Shown: positions 38,013 to 51,266 of the stretch, in pieces
Numbering within the stretch: the first letter of the stretch is position 1
How the letters are laid out: each line of letters begins with the position of its first letter
Assembly (NCBI GenBank): GCA_964016885.1
Contig: OZ024741.1
Location: 412,486,001 to 412,550,000 of the forward strand
Source of the DNA: Eledone cirrhosa
Lineage: Eukaryota
Direction of reading: 5' to 3'
Length of the DNA stretch: 64,000 bases
The notes under the pieces: generated by a model
Seen by the model: the letters and a program-made list of their open reading frames with translations, nothing else
Told to the model about the DNA's origin: nothing
Databases searched by the model: none
Translations under genes and position numbers: made by a program

Positions 38013-38819
38013 TAGAAGTGGTTACACAACAGTTAGTTCACCATACCGAGAACAATTGTTTCACCTTAGCGGATTCTCAGCTCGTAATGGACATGGCTAT
38101 ACGTAACAGGAAGGACAACCGTACGAACGCGCATGCGCAGAAACAATCACTTCACACAAGCAATACTAAAATGCGTGCGAGAGGTGTAAGGGAGATAACT
38201 GCGAAAGTCCGAAAAGTTTCTAGTTGATAAGAAAATTAGGATGTTGCTGTAATTCAATGCGGAGCTTTGTAGTTACGTAAGAGCTCTTTCGAGACGTGTG
38301 GACAACGTGTGAAGAATTCATTTCTCGTGTTTAGGCAATCGCTATTGCATAATCTCTTTAGAATATTTATTCGTTCATCAATACACAGTCCACACGACGG
38401 ATTTCTCCTTGCGTATGGCTTGGACTTAGTGATGGCTTTCCATTGAATGGAGTAGTCTATACTTGAGTCCTTGAGGGATCATACGTGGCTCACGAGTTTC
38501 GTGGATGAACGTCTGTCAGGGTACCTAAAGGTCGACTGGTGGTTCAGGAAGCGTTCCTTAAATCGGCCCTCCGCCATACCCACATAGGATTTGACCACCT
38601 GTGGTTGATTTGGTCGGTTGGAAGTGACCACAGCTTCATAAATTATAGCGGGTGTGTTGCATTACTGTTGAAGGGGACAAGCTTCGGGCTTACGGCAAGA
38701 GCACCCTGGTGGGGTGTTGCTCTTAGGGCTGTTGGTGATACTCCTGCGCTAATATGGTGAACTAACTGTTGTGTAACCACTTCTACCTAACTCGTCCCAT
38801 GGACTGAGTGGTCTACCAC

Positions 38820-38822
<3 letters not shown>
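38013..38822 (-). mobile_element. Second Naiad-like Penelope 3' fragment (GIY-YIG) with inverted terminal segment
   Basis: Manual minus translation CSCRKPEACPLQQ*C..IIYEA..SYVGMAEGRFKERFLNH..CGLCIDE..LNTRNE..CPH; 38013-38045 is inverted at 38753-38785. Confidence 0.82.
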
Positions 38823-38898
<76 letters not shown>

Positions 38899-39068
38899 TA
38901 CATATATACATATACATACATATAAATATATACACATATATGTATATATATACATATACATATATGCATATATATATATATATATATACGTTATTCCGGG
39001 TTGAATCGGAGGTAACCACAGTAAGTAAGGTACTCAATACATTGCAGAGTATAAAAGTTTTAATATAG

Positions 39069-39167
39069 ATGAGATTCTACAGGACTAGAACTGTTTCATT
39101 CTTTAGAAATCACCAGGAGATTCCTGATGATTTTTTTAAAGAATGAAACAGTTCTAGTCCTGTAGAA

Positions 39168-39173
<6 letters not shown>
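39069..39173. repeat. ~105 bp near-perfect palindrome containing hammerhead-like cores
   Basis: atgagattctacaggactagaactgtttcattcttta pairs with taaagaatgaaacagttctagtcctgtagaatctcat. Confidence 0.9.
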
Positions 39174-39249
<76 letters not shown>

Positions 39250-39264
39250 TTATTTATTTGTATA

Positions 39265-40343
39265 CTAGCAGAATGGCCCGGCGTTACTCGGGATTTGCTC
39301 TAGGGTTCATATATATTTGATATATATTTATCCTTATTGAGCCTCGTGAAATAAATACGTTTATTTATATTTTGTTATTGTGTATGCAAAAATATCTGTA
39401 CACGAATATATAATTATATATATATCTCCTTATAATATATAACCATCAATTTCTCTGTCTGTCTGTCCGACAGTAGAAACGCGCGTGCGAATGTTTTTTG
39501 CGCACGCGTAGAGAGAGAGTGAGAGTGAAAGAAAGAGACAGACTACGAGAGGGGGATAGCGGGAGGGAGAGAGGGAGAGAGAGAGAGTGAATAGACGCTA
39601 AAACACGTGCGCGCGTGCGAATGTTTTTTGCGCCCGCGTAGAGAGAGAGTGAGAGTGAAAGAAAGAGACAGACTACAAGAGGGAGATGGCGGGAGGGAGA
39701 GAGGGGGGAATTGAGGAGTGCTACAGAAACATATATACATTTCTGTATGTGTGTAATATATATATATATACACACATAGAAATATATATATATATACACA
39801 CAGAAATATATATACATTTCTGTGTGTGTAATATATATATATATATACACACCGAAATATATATACATTTCTGTGTGTGTAATATATATATATATACACA
39901 CACAGAAATATATATACATTTCTGTGTAATATATATATATACTAGCAGAAAACCACCCGGTGGGCGGTTTTCTGCTAGCCTATATATCTAATACAGAGAA
40001 TGTCTGTCTGTCTGCCAGCTCACTAAAACTTGAGAGCTACCCAAACGATTGTTTTCAAACTTTACACATGTAATACTTATGGTCCTGTGAGTGTTTTGAG
40101 CAAAACATATTTCAAATTTTCCATGCCCTAGGGACCGCATTAGGCGATTTAGCGATCTCTCTCTATAATTCTTAGTCTTTCTTTTTAGATAGGTACATAG
40201 ATATTACGTTGCGCCCTTATAATATCTGTCTGTATGTCTGGCTGTCTGCATTACGTCATTATGATGCGATCAGTGTGTGTGTGTGTATATATGTATCGTA
40301 ATACAGACAGCAAGACATATAGCTTTCCTTCCCCTCTTCCAGC

Positions 40344-40404
<61 letters not shown>

Positions 40405-40500
40405 GCTATCCCCCTCTTTTAGTCTGTCTGTTTCTTTCACTCTCACTCTTTCTCTTTATAACTCACTCACATTAATACTAAAGGGTTAAGGTATTGTTCT
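39265..40500. mobile_element. Cluster of non-autonomous Helitron-like ends
   Basis: Minus 3' end (hairpin + CTAG) at 39265-39292; 5'-type starts (tctccttataat.., cctatatatctaatacagagaatgtctgtctg) at ~39425 and ~39980; palindromic-unit tandem repeat at 39720-39930. Confidence 0.65.
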
Positions 40501-40539
40501 CAAAATAAATAATATTAAATCTATGAGATTTTTATATTA

Positions 40540-43500
40540 TCTCTTCTCTCTATATATAAAACGGTAGATGTCTGTCTGTGTGTGTGTATGAGTTTTATGC
40601 ATTTCCACATTTCTCTACCGATTTTGATGATTTCTTTTCCAATGTGCTCCAAATTTACCAGGGCAGGTCAACGCGTAATTACTTTTGCCAGAAATGTCCT
40701 GCTTCTATGAAAAGAAATCGATAAAACTAAATACATGCTGTAACCCTCTCTCTTACACGCTTCATTCCTCTCACTACCCTCAATCTCCTCCGTAACTCCC
40801 TTTAAAAGGTTACTGCCTCCGTTTCTGAAGGAACGGGACACAAACTTTGATAACCCTCTCTCTTACACGCTTCATTCTTCTCACTACCCCCAATCTCCTC
40901 CGCAACTCTTTTTAAAAGTTACTGCCTCCGTCTCCATTACAGTTTAGAACAACGACAACTCTTCTCTCTCTATAATAGATCATTCCCCCTCTTCGTTTGT
41001 CATACATCAAATATCAAAATTTAAAAAGCCGATAACACTAAATACATACTGCTCTCTCAACGTTACATTTTACATCAAATAACAAATATTCAAAAGCAAC
41101 AGATGAATTTATAAAACAACAAACGTAACAATAACGACGCTTAAGCGTTCATTTACTTGAATCTCAACAAAGACATTATATTTTATTGTTGTCCTTTTTG
41201 TAATTTTTCTTTCTTTGTTTTTCTCAATATGAGACAAAAAGTTAATGAGAAAACTTTTTTAACGAACGTCCGATTTCGATGATTTATTTTCCAGTGTGCT
41301 CCAAAATGACGCCCCTGTTTACGCTCTTTTGTGCTATAACTCAGACAGGCTTGGCTTACAGGTTTGACCTATTATTTGACGTGCATTCTTCATAGATCTT
41401 ACTTAGTACTCACTTTCCACTTACTCACCGTTTAATTGAAAGTTTTGGCTACTCCCCCTTTCATGCTCCATTACCTGCATAAATATTTACGTGTTCGGTC
41501 CTGCTACAATATAGTACTCACTTTAAACTAATTCAAAGTTCATTTGAAAATTTTCGCTACCAAAGACATACTTTGAATCTACGGTCATGCCACCCCAAAA
41601 AAGACCACGACTTAGTCGCCAAACTAAAGCTGCTTCTGCTGCCAAACGAAGAAGAGCTATAGAGTTGTCCGTAGAAAAATTGACTCGGTTGTCACAAAAT
41701 GCAACTCGAAATGCAATTACTCGGGCAACTGAGACAGAAAAAAAGTGGAGCATCCGCCTTTCCGGAAATGCATTTGTAACTGCAGTTGCACGTGCAACGC
41801 AAACTGATGAACAACATTCTCGACGACGAAGCAAAAATGCAGCCACCACCGCTGTGGCACGTGACGGTAAGGACGAAGGACACCGTTACAGTCGACGACG
41901 AAGAGATGCCGACTCAATTGCTGCGTCACGTGCTGCTGAGGACGAAGAGCAGCGTTCCAGACGTCAACGTACGGACGCCGCTTCAACAGCTTCCGTTCGC
42001 GCATCAGAGACTGCGCAAATTCAATTACAAAGGCTAAACGCCAACGCACTCCGCAGGAGTGCTAAACGAGGTACACAGAGGATCAGTTGCACTCAGTGGT
42101 CTCATAAGGCTTTCCACTATGACCCAACAGTAAACTATGCACTGATGCCAGAAGTTCAGATTGGATCCATGTCTGTCATTTGCCAATAGTGTCGGGCAAA
42201 AAAAAAGGCCTGGAGAGACTTCAGGGATGTGCTGCTCTGACGGCAAAGTGAAACTGCCTCCTCTACAGGAACCACCACAACCTTTGAAGTCGCTACTGAC
42301 TGGTGCCACAGCGGAGTCGGAACACTTCCTTCGATGTTCCAGGAGATACAACGCTGCCTTCCAAATGACCTCTTTCGGCTAACATCATACGCGAGGACGG
42401 CTTCATGCCTACCTTTTAAGTTCAAGGACAAATTTACCACAAAATCGGTTCGCTACTGCCCACGACAGACGGACAGCCCCAGTTCCTACAGCTATACTTT
42501 GTCACTGGCTATTTGGACCAAGCGGAACGACGCGCTTCAATTTCGCCTGGCACAGACAGGAAAATTCTGTTGCAACTCCAGAGAATGCTGCACGAAAACA
42601 ACAACTACATTCGCAGTTTTAAATGTGCATTGGAGGCTGCTCCGTTGCCAAATTTTGCTGTTATAATCGACGCTGACAGGAAACCACCAGGCACCCACTC
42701 CAGACGTTTTAACATTCCCACGTGCAATAAAATAGCTGTGCTTCTTCATGGAGAACAGTACAACAAGCGGGACATCATACTTCAGTGTAGGGACAATAGT
42801 CTGCAACGGATCAGCGAGACGCATAGGTCCTACGACGCATTCCAATATCCCCTGCTTTTCCCATTCGGTGGCGACGGATACCACTTTGGAATTCCTTTAC
42901 TGGAATTGCATAGAGGAAACAAAACTGTTTCCTCTATGCAATTCTACACCTACCGATTCATGGTCCGCGAATGCTGCTTTAACCAACTCCACCGTGCAAG
43001 AGTACTCTTCAACCAGCTTGCTGTAGACGCGTGCGCAAAGATGGAATCTGAAAGGCTGTGCTACATAAGGAACAATCAAGCGCGCCTTCGTTCGGACAGC
43101 TACATTCACTTACGGGATGGAGTAAGGAATGACGTCGATCCCGAGAACCTTGGAAAATATTGTATCCTTCCGTCGACCTTCATTGGGAGTCCCCGATACA
43201 TAAGTGAACGCACACAGGATGCTATGACGCTTGTGCGTCTCTACGGCAGACCGGATCTCTTCATCACTTCAACATGCAACCCTAAGTGGAATGAAATTAC
43301 CGCGGAATTATTCCCCGGACAAAGGGCGTCAGACAGACACGATCTTACGGCACGAGTCTTTCACTTGAAGTTAACAAAACTTATTGAACTCCTAAAATCA
43401 GGTAAGGCCTTTGGACCTGTTAGGTGCTACGTATACACCTTTGAGTGGTAAAAGAGAGGCCTGCCACACGCTCACCTACTCATTTGGCTGATAACGAAAA

Positions 43501-46239
43501 TCAACGCAAGCAGCATTGACAGCATCATTTCAGCAGAAATACCTGACCCAAAATTGGACAGAGAACTCCACAACATCGTCACTGCTCACATGGTTCATGG
43601 GCCATGCGGAAACGGTTTCAACATGAATTCTCCATGCATTAAAGAAAGAAGGTGCACCAGCGGACGGTGGAATTGTTGCGAAAACACCACATCATAACGT
43701 CGACAACCGGTGGATTGTACGCTACTGCCCACTTCTGCTTAAATTGTTTAACGCCCACATTAACGTTGAATACTGCCACTCCGTCAAATCGATAAAGTAC
43801 GTCTGCAAGTATATCAATAAGGGGTCCGAGACGAAGTAACTCGATACCAGGTCGGCCGATACATCAGCAGCAATGAAACGTTCTGGCGATTCTTCCACTT
43901 TGCAATACACCATAACTACACCCCAATCAAACAGTTGGCGGTGCACCTTGAAAACGGTCAAAGAGGCTACTTCACCGCCTCCACCGCTGCTGAGATAGCA
44001 GAGGAACCCAAGGACACCACACTTACGGCATTTTTTAAGTTATGCCGAAACGATCCCTTCGCCAAGACCATCTTCTACTCTCAGGTGCCATCATACTACA
44101 CATGGAACACAGACAACAGAATTTGGTTAAGAAGGGTGAAAGGACAACCCGTCGAGGGACATCCAGACATTAAAATGTCCCCTACCCTTGGGAGAGTGTA
44201 CACCATTCATCCTAACCAACAGGAATGCTTTTATCTCCGCCTTCTACTGCATGACGTGGTAGGACCGACATCTTTCGACGATCTGAAAACAATCAACGGA
44301 GAGCTTTGTACTTCATTCCGCGCAGCCTGCCTTAGACGGGGTCTACTGGAAGATGGCGCTTAGTGGGATGCGACATTGGCGGAGGAAGCTACAATACGCT
44401 CAGCGCGAACTCTTCGGCACCTCTTTGCGGTGCTACTGCAGACATGCGAGTTAAGCGACCCTGCATCCTTATGGGACAAATACAAAGAGGACCTTTCCGA
44501 TGACTACATACACCAAGGACAATTGCTACTCCCTCATTCCGACGTACGACTCAGCGACGAATTCTTCAACAAAGCTCTCATTGACATCGAGGACAAAATC
44601 CTAACTGCCGGCGGAAATGACCTTCCATTCTATGGACTGCCAACAGTTCAGCGAACGGGCTCCGACAAACTCCTGACGGGCATAATTCAGGAAACTGCCT
44701 ACGACGTCCACCCCCTCGAACTGTTCATCAACGAAAACGAGCCGAAATTGTTGCAGGACCAACGGCAGGTGTATGACACAGTTTGCACTTCTATTCGTCA
44801 ACGCAGAGGAGGTATCTTCTTTTTGGACGCCCCAGGAGGAACTGGTAAAACATTCGTCAATAAACTCCTCTTCGCCAAAGTGCGACAGCAGAAAGGAATC
44901 GCTCTGGCTGTGGCTTCTTCTGGCATTGCCGCAACTCTGCTGCTCGGAGGTAGGACAGCTCATTTCGCATTTAAACTGCCATTCAACACGACTTCAGACG
45001 ACACAATAACCTGCAACATCACCAAGGACTCTGACAAAGCTGAAGTCTTGAAAAGATGCCACCTAATTGTGTGGGACGAATGCACAATGGCCCATAAAGG
45101 GTCCCCTGGGGCGTTAGACAGTACCCTATGAGACATCAGGGAATGCAACCTGCCGATGGGAGGAGTACCTCTACTGCTGTCTGGCGATTTTCGACAAACT
45201 CTTCCAGTTGTTCCAAAAGCCACCAGGGCCGACACTGTGGGGGCTTGCATTAAGTCATCTCCCCTGTGGCAGGAAGTGACAATCCTGACCCTCACAACAA
45301 ATATGAGAGCCCAACTGCTCGACGACAACTCAGCAGCCGACTTCTCAAAAGACCTCTTAACAGTTGGTGACGGCACTGCACCTTCAGATGCAGCTGGAGA
45401 AATGGCAGTCTCGCAAATAGGCACCGTTGTCGACACTGTTGACGACCTCACAGCCTCTGTCTTTCCTGATATGGCGACCAACTACAAAAACACGAGTTGG
45501 CTCCCCAAAATGTCTCAGTTGCAAAAATCAATGAGGACCTTCTACAAATCTGTGGACAAAGTGGTGGACAAATATGAGGTTGACGATTTTCCAACAGAAT
45601 TCCTCAATTCCTTGGACCTCTCTGGACTGCCACCTCATGAACTGCGCGTCAAAGTTGGGACTCCAGTCATGCTGTTGAGGAACCTGGAACCACCACGTCT
45701 CTGCAACGGAACACGGTTAGTGGTAAGAAACCTCCTGTCGCATGTAATTGAAGCCACAATTCTCACGGACTGCGGCGCTGGAGAAAACGTCTTCATACCC
45801 AGAATACCATTAACTCCATCAGGTACAGAATGCCCCTGTACTCTGCGCCGACTTGAATTCCCCGTTAAACTTTACTTCGCGATTTCAATCAACAAGTCCC
45901 AAGGCCAAACGCTATCAACGGCAGGCCTGCATTTAGCCCAGCTGTGCTTCTCACACGGCCAATTATACTTCGCATGCTCAAGAGTGGGATGCAAGCAGAA
46001 CTTATTCATACTTGCGCCCAAAGGCAGAACAAAAAATGTGGTCTACATAGAGGTGTTGTGACTCCTCTATTCAGCACCACTGCAGTCTTGCCGGTCTGAC
46101 ATATAGTGAGTAGATGCTATTGTATATTTTCAAACTTACCCGTATTTTCTTTCAATGCCTCAATATTCATAATTGAGTGGAATCATTAAAAGTACTTTAA
46201 AGCAATTAAACTCCGAGCAACGCCGGGCACTTCTGCTAG
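40540..46239 (+). mobile_element. Helitron, autonomous type, decayed
   Basis: 5' TC..tctatatataaaac (start approximate); 3' hairpin ccgagcaacgccggg then CTAG at 46236-46239 followed by T; Rep/Hel coding region inside. Confidence 0.88.
41587..46061 (+). pseudogene. Helitron Rep/PIF1 helicase
   Basis: CCSDGKV, RRYNAAFQMTSFG, FITSTCNPKW, EW*KRGLPHAH (HUH), KYVCKYINKG, APGGTGKT, WDEC, GDFRQTLP, NKSQGQTL, HGQLY; stops and frameshifts. Confidence 0.92.
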
Positions 46240-46439
46240 TGTGAGATAAAGCCTTTACCATGAAAATAATATAGTATATATAGAGTAATGTAAATGCTAA
46301 AGGGTTAATTCCATCAGACCATGTGAGAGAGTTTATAATCACTCACGCACACATACACACTCACGCATGCAAACGCACACAAACTTATATACACACGCGC
46401 GCACGTACACACACACGCAATAGTTATTCCACTGTCATG

Positions 46440-47270
46440 TATCTTTGACGCATCTGTCACTCTCTCTCTCTCTCTCTCTCTCCCGCTATCCCCCTCTTTT
46501 AGTCTGTCTGTTTCTTTCACTCTCACTCTTTCTCTCTTTAACTCGTTCACATTTCTCCCCTCTATCAAAAACGCTGTGACGAATGGGGAGAAGGAGGAGG
46601 AGGAGTGAGAGCCACTTCTTCACTTCGCCTCTCCGTTTCTTTCTCTCCCCTCTCACTCCCTCATTATGTACAGACATTGGCCACTTCACTAATTCGATCC
46701 CTAGGTCAGAATAATTTGACATTTTGTTTGCTCAAAGCACTTCCGGGGCCATACGGGTTACAGGTGTAAAGTTTGAAGAAAAACGGTGGGTACTTCTCGA
46801 GTTTTAGGGAAACAGACACACAGACAGACATCCTCTGTTTTATATATATAGATATATATATTTATATATACATACACACATATATATATACATCATATTT
46901 ATACCACACACATACATATATATATTCATATAAGGATAGAACCAGTTTAAAACTAGTTAGACCATTACTCAACATAGTGCTCGAGTCTGGAACTAGCTGT
47001 TGAAATGGCAAGAACTCAGCCGTTGGGTCCCGACTCTTTATAATATATATTGACGGTAGCACCATCAAGACAGCGTTTAATCTTAATAGAGACTACCAAT
47101 ACGTTTATTGTACACTAGCAGAGGCACTCGGCGTTGCCCGGGAATGAAATTGTTTGTTCCTTATATATTAGAAGAATAAAGCAAAATACGTTGTATAGAA
47201 ATTTGTTATTCTAAATTCAATTTATTCTTCAATGATGAAATAAATTCTGAATTCATAATACAATAAAACA
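46440..47270 (-). mobile_element. Further Helitron-like ends
   Basis: Minus 5' end at ~46852 homologous to 39980-40140; minus 3' end CTAG + hairpin at 47115-47142. Confidence 0.6.
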
Positions 47271-47273
47271 AAA

Positions 47274-47275
<2 letters not shown>

Positions 47276-47338
<63 letters not shown>
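47276..47338. repeat. (AAT)n microsatellite starting the right array
   Basis: Direct reading. Confidence 0.95.
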
Positions 47339-47340
<2 letters not shown>

Positions 47341-50300
47341 GTCACGAAATTGCTCCCGTAAGTTTTTTGATTTTTAACATATTTAAATCAATTGTGAAAG
47401 AACAATTCTTAGCACAAATGTTGCATAAAGGCACCGAATGAGGTCCCATAAAGTTTCGGATCCATATTATATTGTTGTATCGCTCAAATATTCAATTTTG
47501 TATTATATATTTTGTATTCAAAAAAAGAAAATGGTTATAAATGGAACAAAACTATATAGAACAGCAGCAATTTCAATTTCACCAACACCAGAAACTTGAT
47601 ACACTACCTATCCCATCACACTAAATATAACGGCCAGATAACGGCAATTTCACCAGCATCATAATAATAATTACTATTATTATTGTCTCAAATTTAAAAA
47701 AATGTTTAATTCAAATTTTACGGGAATATGTCAACACAAAATATAATAAAAATATATATTAAACATACATACGAACACAAACTCATAGATACTATATCAG
47801 TAACCACAACACCACCGCTGCCACCACCCCACCACATCCATCATCGCCGCCACCACTCATTCAATGCTACTGACACTATTCCCCTGTTAACTTGAGAGAG
47901 AAAAGGGAAGGTGGCGGTAGCACTAGACAAGAGAGAGGCTAGCAAAAGATATAAATAGATTGACTTGGTGACCTTGCCACCCACCGGCCAAACGTCTACA
48001 TCAACAATTATGGGACTGCTGGCTCACCCCTTCCTCACCAACAATATAAAAAGCCCGGCACCACCACCGACATAGCCAACAACAATAACAGCCAACTACA
48101 ACAAAAAGTATATTATATTATTGTAATGCACTGGGTGATTGCTGGCCTTGTGCCTGGAGTGGAGACAATTATTAATAATTTCATTCTTAAGCCACGCAAT
48201 GCTCACATTAAGGAACCACTCATGATAATAACAATTTAAAAAAAAACAACAAAAAGAAAACCCCGTGACCAAGAAATACCGGGATGGCGGCCGGCGGGGA
48301 ATAGCCATGTCTCTAGGGGAGAACGACCCCTCTAGTCTTGGTTGACACTCGTTCTAGAAGTGGTAACACGAAATGATTACCCCTTGGTGGATAAGGATAA
48401 AACGCGACAAAATAAAGTAAATGTCTAATGATAAAATCTCATACCGGATCGGCCGTCACCCGGGTAAAAAAGGGCCGCGCCCCTCAGAGAGGAACCAGAC
48501 TGGGGTCGAAAAATCAGCTAATGGTTCAAACCTTCCCATCACTTCGGAGCTGGAGACCTCCCATAACCGGAATACTCCTACTGTTGGCCCTCCATGCTCA
48601 CCACCAAGAAATCCAAAGAAAAAGAGAGAAAAATGGTCAAGGGAAGATAATAAAGAAGTCCTTGAGGCTTTCTACACTGCCATGTACTACCCATCAAATA
48701 CATCGAATACAGAACAAACATATATCAACTGGAAAAAGGAACATCCCGAAAACAGAGGCTATATTGACAGTAACCAACTAGCCAATATACGAAGAAATAT
48801 TGTAAAAAAAAGTTACTAACTGATATAGAAATTGATCAGATCAAGCTAGTAGCACAAAGTCAGCGAAGGGAAAATGAAGCATGTGTCAGTGAAAACGAGG
48901 TAAACTGTAACACTTCGAATCCCAGGGTTGGGGCGGAATCACTGGCAACAGAACAAATTAAAGAAAGGAGCGAAAAAGTGGAGGGAGTGCATGCTCAGGA
49001 TGAAACTCCAAATGAAAATAATGAGATCGTAAATGATAAAGAAATGAATGAGAATGAACTTGCCAACTTGAAGGATGAAATTATGATCGAATGGATGAAA
49101 ATGAAAGAATCTGACATGGGGCAACGAGACACCCTCCCTAAGATCCAGAACTCCAAACAGAACCAAAAGATAATACACAAGACTAACATAATTCTCAAAA
49201 ACATTATGATCACAAACAAACTAAACATTACTGACTTAAATCATCTCTATTATGCATCGGCTAAAGTCACCACTCACTTATGTGGAGTGAAGATGAAAAA
49301 ACAAAGGAATTCCCACAAGAAATCTACTTGGCAAGATAACATCAATCGCCAAATAAACCTTCTCCGATCTGACATAGAAATTTTAACAAACTATAAAGTA
49401 GGTGAACATGTTAAACAAACTAAACTTAGAAAATTGAAAAAAAAGTACAGTATAAGATCAACATGTGACATAGACATGCTGATAGAAACAATCAAGCAAA
49501 AAGTGTCGGCCAAAGCTGCTCGTATAAGGCGCTTTGAAAAACGATCTAGATTCTATGAGGACAATAATATGTTCAAAAACAACCAAAGAAACTTCTACAG
49601 AAAAATTGGTAAGTCAACAATAACTGCTAAATCAATACCACCCAAGGAGGAAGTGCAAGAATTCTGGGAAAAGATCTGGGCCGAAGAAAAAGTTCATAAC
49701 ATACATGCCCCATGGATAGACAGACAAATGAAAGAAACAGCTCACCTTGAAGAACAAACATGGGAAAATATAACAGTTGAACAGCTGCGCTTGGCTCTAA
49801 GAAAAACCAGCAAATGGAAATCCCCAGGAAAAGACAAAATACAAAACTTTTGGATAAATGCCTTCACAAAGTCTCATGAGCTGTTAGCCCAACTTTACAA
49901 TGTAATAGTTAAGGAGCCAGAAAAGATACCATCATGGCTAGTTAACGGCATTACATTCCTGCTACCGAAGAATGATGAGACAAACAATCCCAAAAATTAC
50001 AGACCGATAACCTGCTTGACCACAATGTATAAAATTTTAACATCAGTCCTAACTGAATACACATATGACCACCTGATAACAAATGACCTATTTCCCATTG
50101 AGCAGAAAGGGTGTAAACGAGGCTCATATGGGTGTAAGGATCAGCTTCTGGTTAACAAAATGATACTGGAAGATTGTCATAATAGACACAAAAATCTATC
50201 GATTGCTTAGATAGATTATAAAAAAGCATTCGATAGTTTGCCACACAGTTGGATTGAAAAATGTTTAGAGATTTTCAAAATATCCCCCGTTGTCAGGAGG

Positions 50301-51224
50301 TTTTTGTCATTCAGTATGAAGACATGGAAAACGACACTCCTTTTGAATAGTGAAACAAAATCACTGGAAGCTGGAGAAGTTAATATTAATTGTGGAATTT
50401 TTCAGGGTGACTGAAATCGGAGACTGAAGGACTGATTATATCGGCACAAGATCAGTGTCTGCCAACAAAAAATTACCAAGCCAACATAATAAAAAATGGG
50501 TGCAGCCCATTATGCCGTGTATGCAAAAAACAACCAGAGACCATTGTCCATATAATTTCAATGTGCAGTCCTATAGCTCCAACCCAATACCTAAACAGGC
50601 ATGACAGAGCTGCACAATACATACATTGGATAATGTGTAAGCATTTTGACCTGCCCCATCAAAAGAATTGGTGGGAGCATCAACCACCTCCCATACTTGA
50701 AAAAGATCACATCTCAATCTTGTGGAACTTTAGCATCCAAACAGACCGAAAAATAGATGCAAATAGACCTGATATAATATTGAAGGACTTTCAAAGGAGG
50801 GTATGCCTGCTAATTGATATGTCTGTTCCAATAGACAAGAATGTATCTATAAAAACATTTGAAAAATTGAGCAAGTATAAGGACCTGGAGATAGAAATTG
50901 GAAAAATGTGGAAATTGAGAACTAAAACAATACCAGTGGTTGTAGGCGCTCTGGGAATGATACCTAAGGGGTCTAACGACTACTTATCGCAAATCCCAGG
51001 AAACCCGCGTATAGGAGAAATACAAAAGATAGTACTAATGGGAACTGCCCATATACTAAGGAAGGGAAGATTCTGTCAATATAAGTACATCACAAGTCTA
51101 AACACTAAAGATGCATGTGTGAATATGTATGTTCTTTCTTGAACATGGCGGACCTTGTTGTCTCTTGAGGTCACTGGTTGTGACTTGGTGATAACTCGTA
51201 TGAACATAAAGCAAGATAAATGCA

Positions 51225-51225
<1 letters not shown>
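47339..51225 (+). mobile_element. Family B copy B3 with 5' leader and ~1 kb internal deletion
   Basis: Leader 47339-~48110; ORF from 48421; jump at ~50412 from IFQGD to LKSETEG at a gact microhomology removes the YMDD region; RLE at 50561-51142. Confidence 0.9.

Positions 51226-51266
<41 letters not shown>

Noticed and set aside
38476-38482. In-frame TGA in the second Penelope endonuclease as selenocysteine
   Set aside because: It falls at a position typically Trp (HVW), and the same frame also has a TAA, so this is simple decay
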